Shown here: piece after piece, positions 26,488-38,817 of the stretch
Layout: the number at the start of each line of letters is the position of its first letter
Numbering within the stretch: position 1 is the stretch's first letter
Source of the DNA: Octopus vulgaris
Taxonomy: Eukaryota
Direction: 5' to 3'
DNA: 64,000 nucleotides
NCBI GenBank assembly: GCA_951406725.2
Contig: OX597821.1
Location: forward strand, 47,740,001 to 47,804,000
Translations under genes and position numbers: made by a program
The notes under the pieces: model-generated
Told to the model about the DNA's origin: nothing
Database searches by the model: none
Seen by the model: the letters and a program-made list of their open reading frames with translations, nothing else

Positions 26488-28600
26488 GAAGAGTAGGGAG
26501 TGTCGGAGAACAACTTCATGATAATGAGTCAGCTGACTTTTTACTTGATGATGTCTATGAGTGTGTACATGTATGCATGTTGCATGTGCATGTGTGTGTG
26601 TGTGTGTTGAGTAGTGTGTTGTGTTGAGTTGTATGTGTGTGTGTGTGTATGTGTATGTGTGCGCATGCGTGCATGTGTGCATGCCGTAGAGCTGTACTAT
26701 CTTCAATGTGTGGGTAGTATGTGTCGCTTATCTATGATTTATTGTCAAAGTCAATAACCTGGTGAGAGATGGACTTCATGAGTAAACTTCTCTTAGACAT
26801 GCTACAAGTAGGGAATTTTATAATTTTCAGAGAGCATGCATCCAATTAAGAATTATGAGTGATCTTCATTTCATTTCATACATAAGCAGTAGAGATTAAT
26901 GAGACAGGGGTGACATAAATTTTACAATTTACCATATCTTTTTCTGCAACTCACTACTCCAAGATTAAATATATCTGATTCCAGATACTTTGTCATTTGG
27001 ATGCAATATATTAGAATTCTAACTGAAAAGGAATTTTCATTTCAACTTTATATCTCCAATTTCAGATATGCACACCACAGCAGGCTATCAAACAGGTAGA
27101 ATATAGAAAAGATGATAGCAGGAAGCTGGTTAGGTTTACTTTGCTTGTCTTTCATATCTCTGAACAGTGATAAATGATGTCAAAGCAGTCAACCTAGATT
27201 ATTGCTTCTCTATATTCTAGCTGTAAGTCTCCAGAAGAATCCCAGGATTGCTGTCTTTTCAAGCAGCCAACAGAATTTTCTCCATAGTTTGAAGTGAACA
27301 TTTCCTCTGCACTGACAAAGTTTTTTTTCTCAAACCCAGCCTCTTTATCTTCCCACTTATGTATTGTATATATATGTAACTTATGCATGTTTAGGGAAAC
27401 ATTAAATATATCTACACATATATTATAAAGATATACAATTTATGTAGATGCATGCATAGAATAAAATGCATTGTATATGCATACATATAGAAATCATATC
27501 ATTTATGCACAGACATTTATGGGGAAAAAAAACATGCATTTTATATGGACAAATATAGAAAGCTATGTATAATTTATGTTTGTTGATATAAAGACAAATA
27601 TCCATTGTGATCACATACACATGTATAAACATAGGGAGATATATAGTTCATATTATTGAAAGGGTAACAAAATATCAGGGTGTGATATATGTGTTCATAG
27701 CAATATACACGAACACACACACACGCACACATGCACACACACACCACACACCACACACGCATGCACACACGCACACACACACACAGACACACGCACACAC
27801 ACACACACATGTCTGTGTGTATGTGTATGTATATATATAATAAATAAATGGATCTTGTTCAAAATTTCTGGTCTCAAGTTTTCAGTTGCTCAATCAACTG
27901 AGCAATGAAGCTCATTGAATTCTTAAGCAGAGTCAGCTGAAAAATAGCATAAGAAGGCTGGACCTTTAAATTACTGGCACAGTTCCTTCAGTAGGATTCC
28001 ACACAATTTCCTCTTATGTGGTATGGGTTAACCCAAGGCTACAGAAAATGATTCTTGCTCAAGTTGCTATGCAGCAGAATCAAACATAGGACCTCAAGGT
28101 TGTGAGACAAACTTCTTGACTATTCAGCCATACTGTGTCTACACACACACACACACACACATACATGCACACATACACATATGCATGTGCATGTGTTTTA
28201 TGTGGGTGTGTATGTTTGTGTATGCATATGCAAGAAAAGCCAGAGAATTGCAGGGAGCTATTACCTCTTATGGCAATGAAAAAATTCTATCTCTGATTGG
28301 AAGAGAGATATTAAGGTTTTGGGTTTCAGAGTTTGATGTTGTATGATAGTGAAATATGGGCTTTGAAAGTAGTAATATGTGGGAGTATTCTGCTGAATGT
28401 ATACTATTAGTGTGCATGGTGCCACCTCCTATGAACAGAATAGAGCCACAGAAGCCTTCATTCCCAACAGACCACCAGTGCTTGACCTATGGCAGAACAT
28501 TCCAATATCAGCCTCATTCGTCACAGGTGGATGCACCATGACCCATCTTCTTTACACATGTGATGTCCTGGTTATCATCGACACCACCAGATGAACATTA

Positions 28601-28830
28601 GGCGGCAAGCTGGCAGAAACGTTAGCACACCGGGCGAAATGCGTAGCCGTATTTCGTCTGCAGTTACGTTCTGAGTTCAAATTCTGCCGAGATTGACTTT
28701 GCCTTTCATCCTTTCGGGGTCGATAAATTAAGTACCAGTTACACACTGGGGTTGATGTAATCGACTTAATCACTTTGTCTGTCCTTGTTTGTCCCCTCTA
28801 TGTTTAGCCCCTTGTGGGCAATAAAGAAAT
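28601..28830 (+). mobile_element. SINE family B
   Basis: High identity to 3594-3824. Confidence 0.88.
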
Positions 28831-30955
28831 ATATTATTACTGTGCAAAGTGCCAAGGTAGCAGAATCATTGACCTAGAGGAGCATTTTCTGTAAAGATGG
28901 TACAAATGTTGATCACAGGGGTGCATATATGATTAGATGTGTTGCTAAAAATATTGTTGGAGCTGGTTTAACATGTCAAAAGGAAGATAGGACAAGGGGT
29001 GTGAGTTGAATGCATGATGTTGAATGTCACAAAGGAAGCAACCCAGGATTGCAATGATTGGTAAGATGCTTTTCTTATGTAAATCCATTCAACTTAGTTA
29101 TGCAAAGTGTAGCAAGCACTTCCTGTTATATTCTTAGCACCCCAGTGACTTAAACCAAAACAATACAAATTATATATTTTTGTTCTGGTTGACTTAAAGT
29201 TATGATCGAAGGAACTCACCTATGATACCTGTCACACAATGAGATTGAACTGCAAACTATGTAGATGTGAAACAAGCTCATTGACCCACATGGCCATTCC
29301 CTCAGATTCTATAGAACAATTGAGTAATATATTGAAAATTAATTAAAATCAACTTTAGAGGACAAACAATAGTAATTAAGCTAATGATGTTACCTCTTTG
29401 TGGTCACTTAACCTGCTAGAAAGATTAAGCTCTACTGTCTTATAAAGAAAAGGGTAAATGTGAAAACAAAAAAAATTATAAAAATATAAGAAGGATGGCG
29501 ATGGCTGGTATGACTTTAACCACAGGTCTACTTAGTCAGGGTCAACCTTGGACTAGACAGCAACAACAACAACAACCACATATGTAAAGTTGGTAATGGT
29601 GTATAATGTAAAGAGGTGTTGATCAAAGTTTCTGTAACCCTTACAGTTTGATGTTTCATTGAAGATATTAATCCAATCAATGGAAGACTGCTTAAATGTT
29701 GACATCACTATGTATCGAAGAACTTAACCAATTTCTGTGTGTTTGATTAAATTTGGTTCACAGATTTGCTCAATGAATCTTGATCTCTGTGTATAATTGA
29801 TTAAATGTTCCAGTTTATCTGGTGTAAAAGACAGAATGTATATGAAGCAGTTGCGTATCAAAGGCAGAGAACAGATAGCTGGGTTGATAGAGACACATCG
29901 CTAGTTTCCCTTTTAACATAGCACTATGGAGAGATAGTAAAAATAGATATATTAGTCACACTGATGTCTTTCTCAAAGGTGATATCTTCAAACGACCATT
30001 GAAATATTGCACACCTGTAATACCTAAATTGCTCTACAATTATTAGCTAGGTTCCTAAAACTATATAAAACCTCCTCCTCCTCCTCCTCACTCTTCCTAC
30101 CTCCCTTCCCCACCCTCCTCATTCCCTTCCTCCTCCCCTTCCTCCTTGTTTTAAAGTCCACTATTCCATGCTTGCCTGGGTCAGGCATAATTTGTTGAGG
30201 CAGATTTTCTTTGGCCAGATACCCGTCATATCACCAACCCTCACATGTTTTGAAACAAATTGATGTTACCCCATGGCTAGATGTGTTATACTATATAAGG
30301 GGATAAGGGGTAAAAGTGAAAGGCAAAGGGAACAGGTTTCTGGCTCTTCCTCCAACTTCATTAAGAATTTCTCATGTCTTATTTCGTTTAATTAGATAAA
30401 TGATAGAGGAGTGAATAAGGTTGAGTAAGAGGTACAGTACAATCCTATCTTTAACATACAGGTGAATAAAGGAAAGATTAGATGAAACTAGGTTATAGAA
30501 GGGTCAAAAGTAATGCTATGGAATTAGTGAGTGTCAGAGTAATACGGACAGGGAAGCAAGAAAAGGAGGAGAGTTGAGCAGAAGATGCAGGCCTACACAG
30601 AGTTATATATGGGTGGATAGAGTAGTGTGTGGAAGAGAAATGATGACAAGGAACCAGAGCATATCCTCAAGGTAACATATCCAGGAGAGCATGGTGAAAA
30701 GGAGAACAGGTGAAGGAGAACAGGTGAACATTGCCAGAATATACTCTCTCCTCACTTAGATATGATTTTGGGGGAAAAGAACAAGGAAGGATATAATGGT
30801 GGAGGAATGGGATGGGAAATATTTAACATGCACAAAATAAGTACTTATCTCTTGCAGGGCACAGTGAGTAGAAGAGATTATACAAAGATGAGAAGGTACA
30901 GAACAGACACAGCGATTAGGAGAATAGATGATGCAAAGACAATCTGAACACAGAC

Positions 30956-31024
<69 letters not shown>

Positions 31025-31049
31025 CATATATATACATATATATATATAT

Positions 31050-31388
31050 AAACAACTTATAAACAAAGGCAAAAGAAAAAAATTCTAATGCCAAATATGC
31101 CGAAAATAGACAAATTGTCAATAACCATATAATTTATCACTATAAACACGCATCTCGAAGTAAGCCGACAGAAATTTCTAAAAAATTCCGTTATTATCGT
31201 ATCAGTCCCAATTTCAGAGTTAATTCATAAGAATTTTCTCCTCGTCAGTGATAAACACGTAAGACATAAATGAAATACTTACTCATACCCATGGAAGAAT
31301 TCAGAATTTTTTCTTTTGCCCTTGTTTATAAATTTAACCTTTAAAGGTATTTTTTAATATGCTGGCCATTGATAAAATTTTTTTCGAT
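31050..31388 (-). mobile_element. (TA)n-embedded inverted-repeat element with hammerhead core
   Basis: IR tataaacaaaggcaaaagaaaaaattct / agaattttttcttttgcccttgtttata; same family as 60101-60430; minus-strand CTGACGA at 31248-31242. Confidence 0.7.
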
Positions 31389-31861
31389 GTATGTATATAT
31401 ATATATATATATATCATCATCATCATCATCATCATTGTTTAACGTCCGTTTTCCGCGCTAGCACGGGTTGGACGGTTTCGACCGGGGTCTGGGGAGCCAG
31501 GGGCTGCCCCAGGCTCCAGTCTGGTCTGGCAGTGTTTCTACAGCTGGATGCCCTTCCTAACGCCAACCACTCCGCGAGTGTAGTGGGTGCTTTTTACGTG
31601 CCACCTGCACAGGTGCCAGAGGGGTCTGGCATCGGCCACGGTCGGTTGGTGCTTTTTATGTGCCACCTGCACAGAAGCCAGTCGGGGCGGTGCTGGCATC
31701 GGCCACGTTCGGATGGTGCTTTTTATGTGGGGGCGGGGTGCAGAAATATAGGGGAGCACCAGTGGGGAAGGGTGTTCGGAGTGTTCATGTACTTGACTCA
31801 ACAGGTCTCCTCAAGCACAGCGGGACGATCTGGGATCCGGGGTACTTTGAATGGGCAGGGG

Positions 31862-32971
31862 CTATGCGGAACTGATGCCGGAAGCAGCCCGGGTCTTTGC
31901 AGTCACAGCATATCTCCAGAGATCTCGGTCCTTCGCCATTGCCTTGGTGAGGCCCAACGCTCTGATGTCAAGCTTGACTGCCTCATCCCATGTCTTCTTG
32001 GGTCTACCTCTCCCCCTGATACCTTCAACTGTTTGGGAGTGGCACTTCTTCACACATCTCTCCTCATCCATCCACAGCACATGACCATACCATCGCAAGC
32101 GTCGCTCTTGCACACCACATCTGATGCTTCTTATATCCAGCATTTCTCTCAGGATGCTTACACTCTGTCGTGCGTGCACACTGACATTACACATCCAGCG
32201 GATCATACTAGCTTCATTTCTTTCAAGTCTACGCATGTCCTCTGCAGTCATAGCCCATGTTTCATTACCGTGAAGCATGGCAGTTCGCACACATGCATCA
32301 TACAGTCTACCTTTCGCTCTGAGGGAGAGACCCTTTTTCGCCAGAAGGGGTAGGAGCTTTCTGAATTTTGCCCAGGCTATTCGTATTCTAGTGGTGATAC
32401 TCTCTGTGCATCCACCTCCGCTACTAACTTGGTCACCCAGGTAGCGGAAACTATCAACTACTTCTAGTTTCTCTCCCTGGAGTGTGAAGGAATCTGCTTT
32501 CTGAGTGTCTGTGGTGTCTATTGTCCCTGTGCATCTGCCGCACATGAAAGCTATCTTATCTGTTAATTTCCCTTTAATGTTGCTGCACCTCTTGTGCGTC
32601 CATAGCTTACATTGGGTGCATCTTATGGAGTTTCTACCTGCACCTTTCCTACAGATTGAGCAGGGCCACCTACCCGAGGGGGTGTGTGCTGAGTACGCCT
32701 TGCTGCTTACTATTACTTTGGTCTTTGCTACATTTACTCTAAGGCCCTTTGATTCTAACCCTTGCTTCCACACCCGAAATTTCTTTTCTAGTTCCGGTAG
32801 TGATTCTGCTATGAGAGCCAGGTCATCAGCATAGAGGAGCTCCCAGGGGCATCCTGTTTTGAATTCCTCTGTTATTGCCTGGAGGACTATGATGAATAGA
32901 AGGGGACTGAGGGCTGAGCCCTGGTGCACACCTACTTCTACCCGGAATTCTTCACTATATTTCGTTGCCAA
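31862..32971 (-). CDS. RTE LINE protein, C-terminal part after the frameshift: RT core, PHD-like finger, thumb/C-terminus
   Basis: GVHQGSALSPLLF, LLYADDL, FRYLG, RRLRWYGHV, GRGRPKKTW; joins the upstream ORF if one A is removed at GGC AAC GAA ATA TAG. Confidence 0.92.
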   Translation of the reverse strand: MATKYSEEFRVEVGVHQGSALSPLLFIIVLQAITEEFKTGCPWELLYADDLALIAESLPELEKKFRVWKQGLESKGLRVNVAKTKVIVSSKAYSAHTPSGRWPCSICRKGAGRNSIRCTQCKLWTHKRCSNIKGKLTDKIAFMCGRCTGTIDTTDTQKADSFTLQGEKLEVVDSFRYLGDQVSSGGGCTESITTRIRIAWAKFRKLLPLLAKKGLSLRAKGRLYDACVRTAMLHGNETWAMTAEDMRRLERNEASMIRWMCNVSVHARQSVSILREMLDIRSIRCGVQERRLRWYGHVLWMDEERCVKKCHSQTVEGIRGRGRPKKTWDEAVKLDIRALGLTKAMAKDRDLWRYAVTAKTRAASGISSA

Positions 32972-35048
32972 TCCTAACCTTGCTGGCAGCCTCTCTGTAT
33001 AGAGCCTGTACAGCCCTTATTAGCCATTCGTCAATCTCCAGTTTCCGCATCGACCACCAGATAAGGGAACGGGGAACCCTGTCAAAGGCTTTCTCCAAGT
33101 CCACAAAGGCTATGTAGAGGGGTTTATCTTTAGCTAGGTACTTCTCCTGCAGTTGTCGGACCAGGAATATAGCATCAGTGGTGCTTCTACCTGGCACAAA
33201 ACCGAACTGCATTTCATCTAAGCAAATTCTCTCCCTAATGAGATGGGTTATGACCCTCTCTGTGACCTTCATCACCTGGTCCAACAGTTTGATACCCCTG
33301 TAATTATTTCTATCTAGAGCATCACCCTTACCCTTGTAGCAGTTGACTATGGTGCTGCTACGCCAGTCATTGGGTATGACTCCATTGTCAACTACCTGGT
33401 TTACAATGCGGGTGACTATGCCATAGCCCACATAGCCAGCTGTTTTAAGCATCTCAGCAGTGATTCCTGATGGGCCGGGGGCTTTGCCTGGTTTCATATC
33501 CTTAATTGCCTTATCTACAAGGGAGCTGTCTATTCGGGTAGCTGGTCCCTCTACTGGGTCAACATTTGGCAGGCTCTCCTCCTCCCATTCATTCTCCTCG
33601 TTCAGCAGTCTTTCGTAATAGCTTCTCCAAGCCTCTTTCTTTTCACTAACAGTAAAAGCAAGTGCCCCATCATCCATGCGGACACATTTCTCTCCTGTAA
33701 CATCACTATTTTCTCTGACACACTGTCTGGCAATCCGAAATACCTCAGCTCTTTGGTCCTCACGTCGCTGGACATTGGCAAACTTCTTCTTTTCTGCTAC
33801 ATCTTTGGCTATGTATACCTGCCGCCCAGCCTCCCTTTTGGCTGCCTGGTACAGTTCCCTGCTGCCCCCATCCCTCCAGGCATTCCAGGCCCGTCTCTTT
33901 GTACTAATGGCTTTATCTACTGCACTGTTCCACCACCACGTAACTCTAGGTCTGGAAGGGACTCTGCACCATCCACAGACTCGGTCTGTGGCACTCAGCA
34001 AGCTGTCCCGTAGGAATTCCCAGCTACCTTCTATGTCTGACGTCTGGAGCTCCTCTTCCCTCTCATCAAATTTCTTGATGAGTATGTCCCTAAATTTCTG
34101 ACCATGTGAAGGGTTCTTTAGCCTCCAAATCCTTCTTTTCTGGATTGGTTTGTTTTTTGGAGTCCTTCTGGCCTCAAGCTTAAAGTCACTGATAATTAGT
34201 CTATGCTGAGGGATACATTCTTCACCCGGGAGGGTCTTTGTATTCAAGAGTGACCTTGCATATCGCTGTCTGGTGAGGATGAAGTCTATTTGGCTAGCGG
34301 AGTCTCCTGACTGATAGGTTATAAGGTGGCAGTCAGGCTTCTTGAAGTTAGTGTTGCAGATTGAAAGGTTACATGCATCACAGAATTCCAGCAGTCTAGT
34401 TCCCTCATCATTTCTGGTGCCAATACCATGGCCACCGTGTACCCCAGTGAAGATACCCGATTCCCGCCCAACATGCCCATTAAAATCTCCACCCACAAAG
34501 ATGAGGTCCTTGCCACTAGTCTTTGAAGTAGCCTGTAGAAGGGTATCATAAAAGTTGTCCTTCTGATCATTTGGTAGTCCCGCTTGTGGGGCATAGGCGG
34601 AGATAATCGTAGCTGTGCCACTCTGTAGGACCAACCTGAGCTTGAGCACTCTATCGCAAACCCTGACAACCTCTATGACCTTATTCACCCATTTCTCCGC
34701 AAGGAGAATGCCTACACCCCCTACACCTTCCATGTTACCTTGCCAGAAGAGTTTGTACCTAAGTGCCTTGCCTGTGAGGACCCTAGCTGAAGCACCTCTC
34801 CATCTTACCTCTTGTATGCAGCATACATCAACCTGTCTTCTCTGAAGCATCTCTACAATCTCACTAGACCTGCCTTTCAATGTACCAACATTGATAGTGC
34901 CAACTCTGAAAACTGGGAAGATGTGGGGGGGAGGGGGGCAATTCAGTGCCTGAGAAGAAGAGGGTTGTTGTGGTGGTGATGGTTTTCGTGGCATTTTTCT
35001 TCTGATCTCTCTTCCGGGGGGGGGGGGTCCAGCTGAGAAAGGTTCCAC
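32955..35048 (-). CDS. RTE LINE protein, N-terminal part: APE endonuclease plus start of reverse transcriptase
   Basis: VGTINVGTL, CCIQEVRW, ISAYAPQ, GDFNGHVG, QIDFIL, HRLII; KAPGPSGI, YRGIKLL, QFGF, FVDLEKAFDRV. Confidence 0.92.
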   Translation of the reverse strand: MEPFSAGPPPPGREIRRKMPRKPSPPQQPSSSQALNCPPPPHIFPVFRVGTINVGTLKGRSSEIVEMLQRRQVDVCCIQEVRWRGASARVLTGKALRYKLFWQGNMEGVGGVGILLAEKWVNKVIEVVRVCDRVLKLRLVLQSGTATIISAYAPQAGLPNDQKDNFYDTLLQATSKTSGKDLIFVGGDFNGHVGRESGIFTGVHGGHGIGTRNDEGTRLLEFCDACNLSICNTNFKKPDCHLITYQSGDSASQIDFILTRQRYARSLLNTKTLPGEECIPQHRLIISDFKLEARRTPKNKPIQKRRIWRLKNPSHGQKFRDILIKKFDEREEELQTSDIEGSWEFLRDSLLSATDRVCGWCRVPSRPRVTWWWNSAVDKAISTKRRAWNAWRDGGSRELYQAAKREAGRQVYIAKDVAEKKKFANVQRREDQRAEVFRIARQCVRENSDVTGEKCVRMDDGALAFTVSEKKEAWRSYYERLLNEENEWEEESLPNVDPVEGPATRIDSSLVDKAIKDMKPGKAPGPSGITAEMLKTAGYVGYGIVTRIVNQVVDNGVIPNDWRSSTIVNCYKGKGDALDRNNYRGIKLLDQVMKVTERVITHLIRERICLDEMQFGFVPGRSTTDAIFLVRQLQEKYLAKDKPLYIAFVDLEKAFDRVPRSLIWWSMRKLEIDEWLIRAVQALYREAASKVRIGNEI

Positions 35049-35489
35049 CAGTGAGAAGAGAGGGAGAGAAAGCGGGGGGTGCAGGTAATATAGGGAAGCA
35101 CCAGCGGGGAAGGTTGGGGTAAGAAGGAACGATGATAGGGAGGGGTGGGAACAGGTTCGTAAGAGATAAAAACGTAGGATATCACAAGGGGTGGGGGGGA
35201 CTGGAAGGAGATAGCCGGTTGAGGCGGTGACAGATTCAAAACAGGAGGAACGTAAGATCAGTGGGGCGGTTGATGAGCTGCGGCTCTAGCTGCTTGTCTT
35301 GGTGGGGGGAGGTGTAGTACACAGTGAAAGCATGTGAGGAGGAGGGGTAGGAGGGAGAGACACGTAATGGTGGTGGGGGAGGAGGAGGGAGGAGGGCATA
35401 TCCGGTGTAGATGGTGTGAACAGTGTGAACAGTGTTCACTGGTATTGGTGGTGGGGGTGGGGGTGGGAAAGGGCGGGAGCACCGCGAAT

Positions 35490-35748
35490 GGCGAAGATCG
35501 GATTAAACTTCGTAGAGAAAGATAGAGGGTACCTTAAGGGATTAAATTTCGTAGAGAAAGAATAAGATAGGGAAAGCGTGGCGAAGATCGAATTAAACTT
35601 CGTAGAGAAAGATAGAGGGTACCTTAAGGGATTAAATTTCGTAGAGAAAGAATAAGATAGGGAAACCGTGGCGAAGATCGAATTAAACTTCGTAGAGAAA
35701 GATAGAGGGTACCTTAAGGGATTAAATTTCGTAGAGAAAGAATAAGAT
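35490..35748. repeat. 90-bp tandem repeat (about 2.9 units) at the LINE 5' end
   Basis: Units start at 35490, 35580 and 35670 (ggcgaagatcg..attaaacttcgtagagaaagatagagggtacc...). Confidence 0.92.
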
Positions 35749-35754
35749 AATGTA

Positions 35755-36392
35755 AATGAAGGTCAGCTGAAAAGCTCATATACTGATCAAGACACTCTCA
35801 TGAAATATGACCAAATGAAGTTTATTTTGCTGTTGACACACTTCTTTCATTGATGATGCAGTGCTTGGATCTTAAGTTTTCATCATGTTGATCAAAAAGG
35901 TCATGATTACCAGATATGACATCATCAAAACTGTGATACTGGTTCCCAGCCAAGTGTTCTTTTTTTAAAATTTTGGAGAACAAATTGATAGTCAGATGGA
36001 GCCAAATCAGAAGAAAAAGGATGGGGGGGGGTCAATCAGTTCAAAGCCACAGTCATGCACACTAGCCATTAAAACCAAGGATTTGCATGCTGGAGCATTG
36101 TACTGATGAAACAAGACTTCTTTCATCAATTTTCTTGGGCGTTTGATCTTGATACCCTTTTGTAACTGCCTCAGCAAGGTGGCATAGTACTCTCTGTTGA
36201 TGGTGTAGCCATTTTGAAGATAGTCAATAAACACAGTGCCTTTTGCATCCCAAAAAGCTGGCCATAACCATCCGTACATATGAAATTACCTTGGCCTTCT
36301 TTGGAGCAAATGAGGAGTGTTTTCACTGCATGGATTGTCTCTTTTTCTCTGGTTCAAACCAATGAACCTAACACTAGTGTCTCTTTCACTGT
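35755..36392 (-). mobile_element. Mariner relic, 3' half (same family as 13665-14922)
   Basis: TIR gaaggtcagctgaaaagctcata; FWDAKGTVFIDYL...GYTINREYY...VLFHQYNAP. Confidence 0.8.
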
Positions 36393-36498
36393 GTGTATAT
36401 GCACACGCATGTATGTGTGCATGTGTGTGTATACTTGCATGTATATACAAACATATATATATATATACACACACACATATCTATATGCATATATACAT

Positions 36499-36687
36499 CT
36501 CATCATCATCATCATCACCATCATCATCGTTTAACGTCTGCTTTCCATGCTGGCATGGGTTGGACGGTTTGACTGAGGACTGGCGAGCCAGGAGGCTGCA
36601 CCAGGCTCCAATCTGATCTGGCAAGGTTTCTACAACAGGATGCCCTTCCTAACACCAACCACTCCAAGAGTGTAGTGGGTACTTTCA
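36499..36687 (-). mobile_element. RTE LINE 3' end
   Basis: (CAT)n + gtttaacgtctgctttccatgctggcatgggttggacgg. Confidence 0.85.
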
Positions 36688-36689
36688 GA

Positions 36690-37245
36690 ACGAGAGATCA
36701 GGAAACTATGATGATCCTTTGGAGGACATATGTCCTCAACCACTTAGCCTACTGCTCCCAAGTATGGTCACCACACTATAAAATTAATGGTAGAATTTGA
36801 AGCAGCCCAGCAAAGTTATACAAAGAAAACAGTCTCAATGCAACGTATCAACTACTGGGAAAGGCTGAAAAAGTTAAGACTCTTCTCCCTAAAATGAAGG
36901 CAGGAAAGATGTACAGAGATATACGTCAGGAAGATCCTGGAAGGGCTTGCACCAAACTTTGACATTGTAAGTTACACAAACAGCAGAATGGGGTGCTGCT
37001 GCATAGCGTCAAGGATCCGAACATTGTCGTCAAAATACAGGACCAGATACTGAAACAACTTGGGTTTCAAGGGCCCACAGCTCTTCAATATTCTTCCAAA
37101 ATGCCTGAGAGACCTGCATGGTGGACGTAGGCATCTTTAAAACAAAACTGGATCTCTTCCTTTCAAGGGTTCTGTGTGAGTCTACCACATGGTAGGAAAC
37201 ACACATGGAGCCAGCAGCATCAAACTCTCGTATTCACTAAATACC
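36690..37245 (+). mobile_element. CR1/L2-type LINE 3' fragment
   Basis: Remnants MILWRTYVLNHLAYCSQVWSP, NYWERLKKLRLFSL, KILEGLAPN, GPQLFNILP, FKTKLDLFL. Confidence 0.75.
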
Positions 37246-38235
37246 ACACATCAGAGGAAGTTTCAAATAATGAAGATGTAGCAACACCAAAATTACCTTT
37301 TCATCATCATTAACATCGTTGTCAACATCAATTTATGAGTGATTTCTGAAATAATGGTGGACCCTTCATGTGCTTGTCTAACTTGGTAGAACAAGCAGCC
37401 AAAATACCCACAAAGTTACATTCTGCCAGCTTAAAAAGAAAATCCCACATTACATATTGTATGTTCAAAAAGACAGTTGGCCACGGTTGGAAGTCCTTTG
37501 ATCACGGCTTTCTCATTTCAGTTTTGTAAGTCCAGAAACCACACAAGGATTCCACCACTGGTTCAGAAACAGTTGTGGTTTTCAAGTTAGAGAAGAGAAG
37601 TGTAGCTAGGGCTATCGAAATGTGTAGCAATGTATACCCACATGACATAAATGTAATTGGATATCAAATATCATTTGATATACTACATTAAGTGTAGTTA
37701 TCGGTCTAGGAGTTTGAGAGAAGATATTAGAATATAAGATGACTAGAGAGACAACAATACGGCTTTTGGTAAAATTATTGCAATAAATCAGTGAGCTGGA
37801 TTATTAGAATTTAACACTGACTACATTTATCAGAATACAACTTTGGTTTACACTTTTATATGGCACTGGCTTAACTTATTACAGACACTACATTGATTCC
37901 TGTTATTGGAAAAGTAACATAGGATTATAGCAGCAGAATATTTCTAAGGAGTTAATATGGTGAAATTAAGTTACTGGAATATAAAGCTTTATGAAGATAT
38001 CAAGACATGGCGTTAGGTCAAATTATTAGATGAATGGAGGCAATGTAGAAGAGAGAGCAGTCTTCAGACTTATGGAAGATTACTTCTCTAAAGGTGGGAG
38101 TAAAGTGGGAGGAATAAAGATGTCTACTTGGGCCTGTTGTTGTATCAGAAGGTGATAGACAGTGGTAAACGAAGTGGGGACATACAGTAAGAAATGTCCC
38201 AGAATATGTTATGTGAAAGTGATAGTAAAACAATA

Positions 38236-38330
38236 ATGATGCTGGTGATGGTGGTGGTGGTGGTTGTGGTGGTGGTGAGGATGATGGTGATGGGTGATGG
38301 AAGTGGTTCTAACTGCAGTGATGATGACGA

Positions 38331-38364
<34 letters not shown>

Positions 38365-38375
38365 GGTCGTAGTTA

Positions 38376-38409
<34 letters not shown>

Positions 38410-38452
38410 GGTGGTAGTGGTGGTGGTGATGATGATGATGATGATGACGACA
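38236..38452. repeat. (GAT)n/(GGT)n array
   Basis: Direct reading. Confidence 0.9.
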
Positions 38453-38817
38453 CTAACAGTAAATCAAGACATTAAACTAACTGCAATACTGGATCATCAT
38501 ATTATGGGAATATAACTTTTTGATGAAACTATTAAATGGGTTTCATGTGTGGATTTTGTCTCATTCCTTTACATAATTGGAAGAAATACCAGCAATTGAA
38601 ATATTTTCCAGTACATACATATGGGGCCAATATAATTGCCACTCTACCCTATTCTAGCCACTAATGTGTCGGGGAGCAATATTTCAATGTATTTGTCACT
38701 TGACTTTGTTGCAGCCACCTATGTTGCTGTGATATTTTGTTGCTAGATAACTGTGTGTGTGTGCACGTGTGTGTTTGTGTGCACACACATCTGTGCACAC
38801 ATGTGTGTATACTCTCT

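Larger units (their letters stand above)
31413..35748 (-). mobile_element. Near full-length, young RTE-clade LINE
   Basis: (ATG)n tail at 31413-31436, structured 3' UTR, EN+RT ORF with one frameshift, 5' UTR ending in 90-bp tandem repeats. Confidence 0.95.

Noticed and set aside
31391-32353. 320-aa + strand ORF
   Set aside because: Antisense shadow of the RTE ORF and 3' UTR, starting in a microsatellite
35490-35748. CRISPR-like repeat-spacer appearance
   Set aside because: The spacers are themselves repeated, the context is eukaryotic and there are no cas genes; it is a tandem repeat
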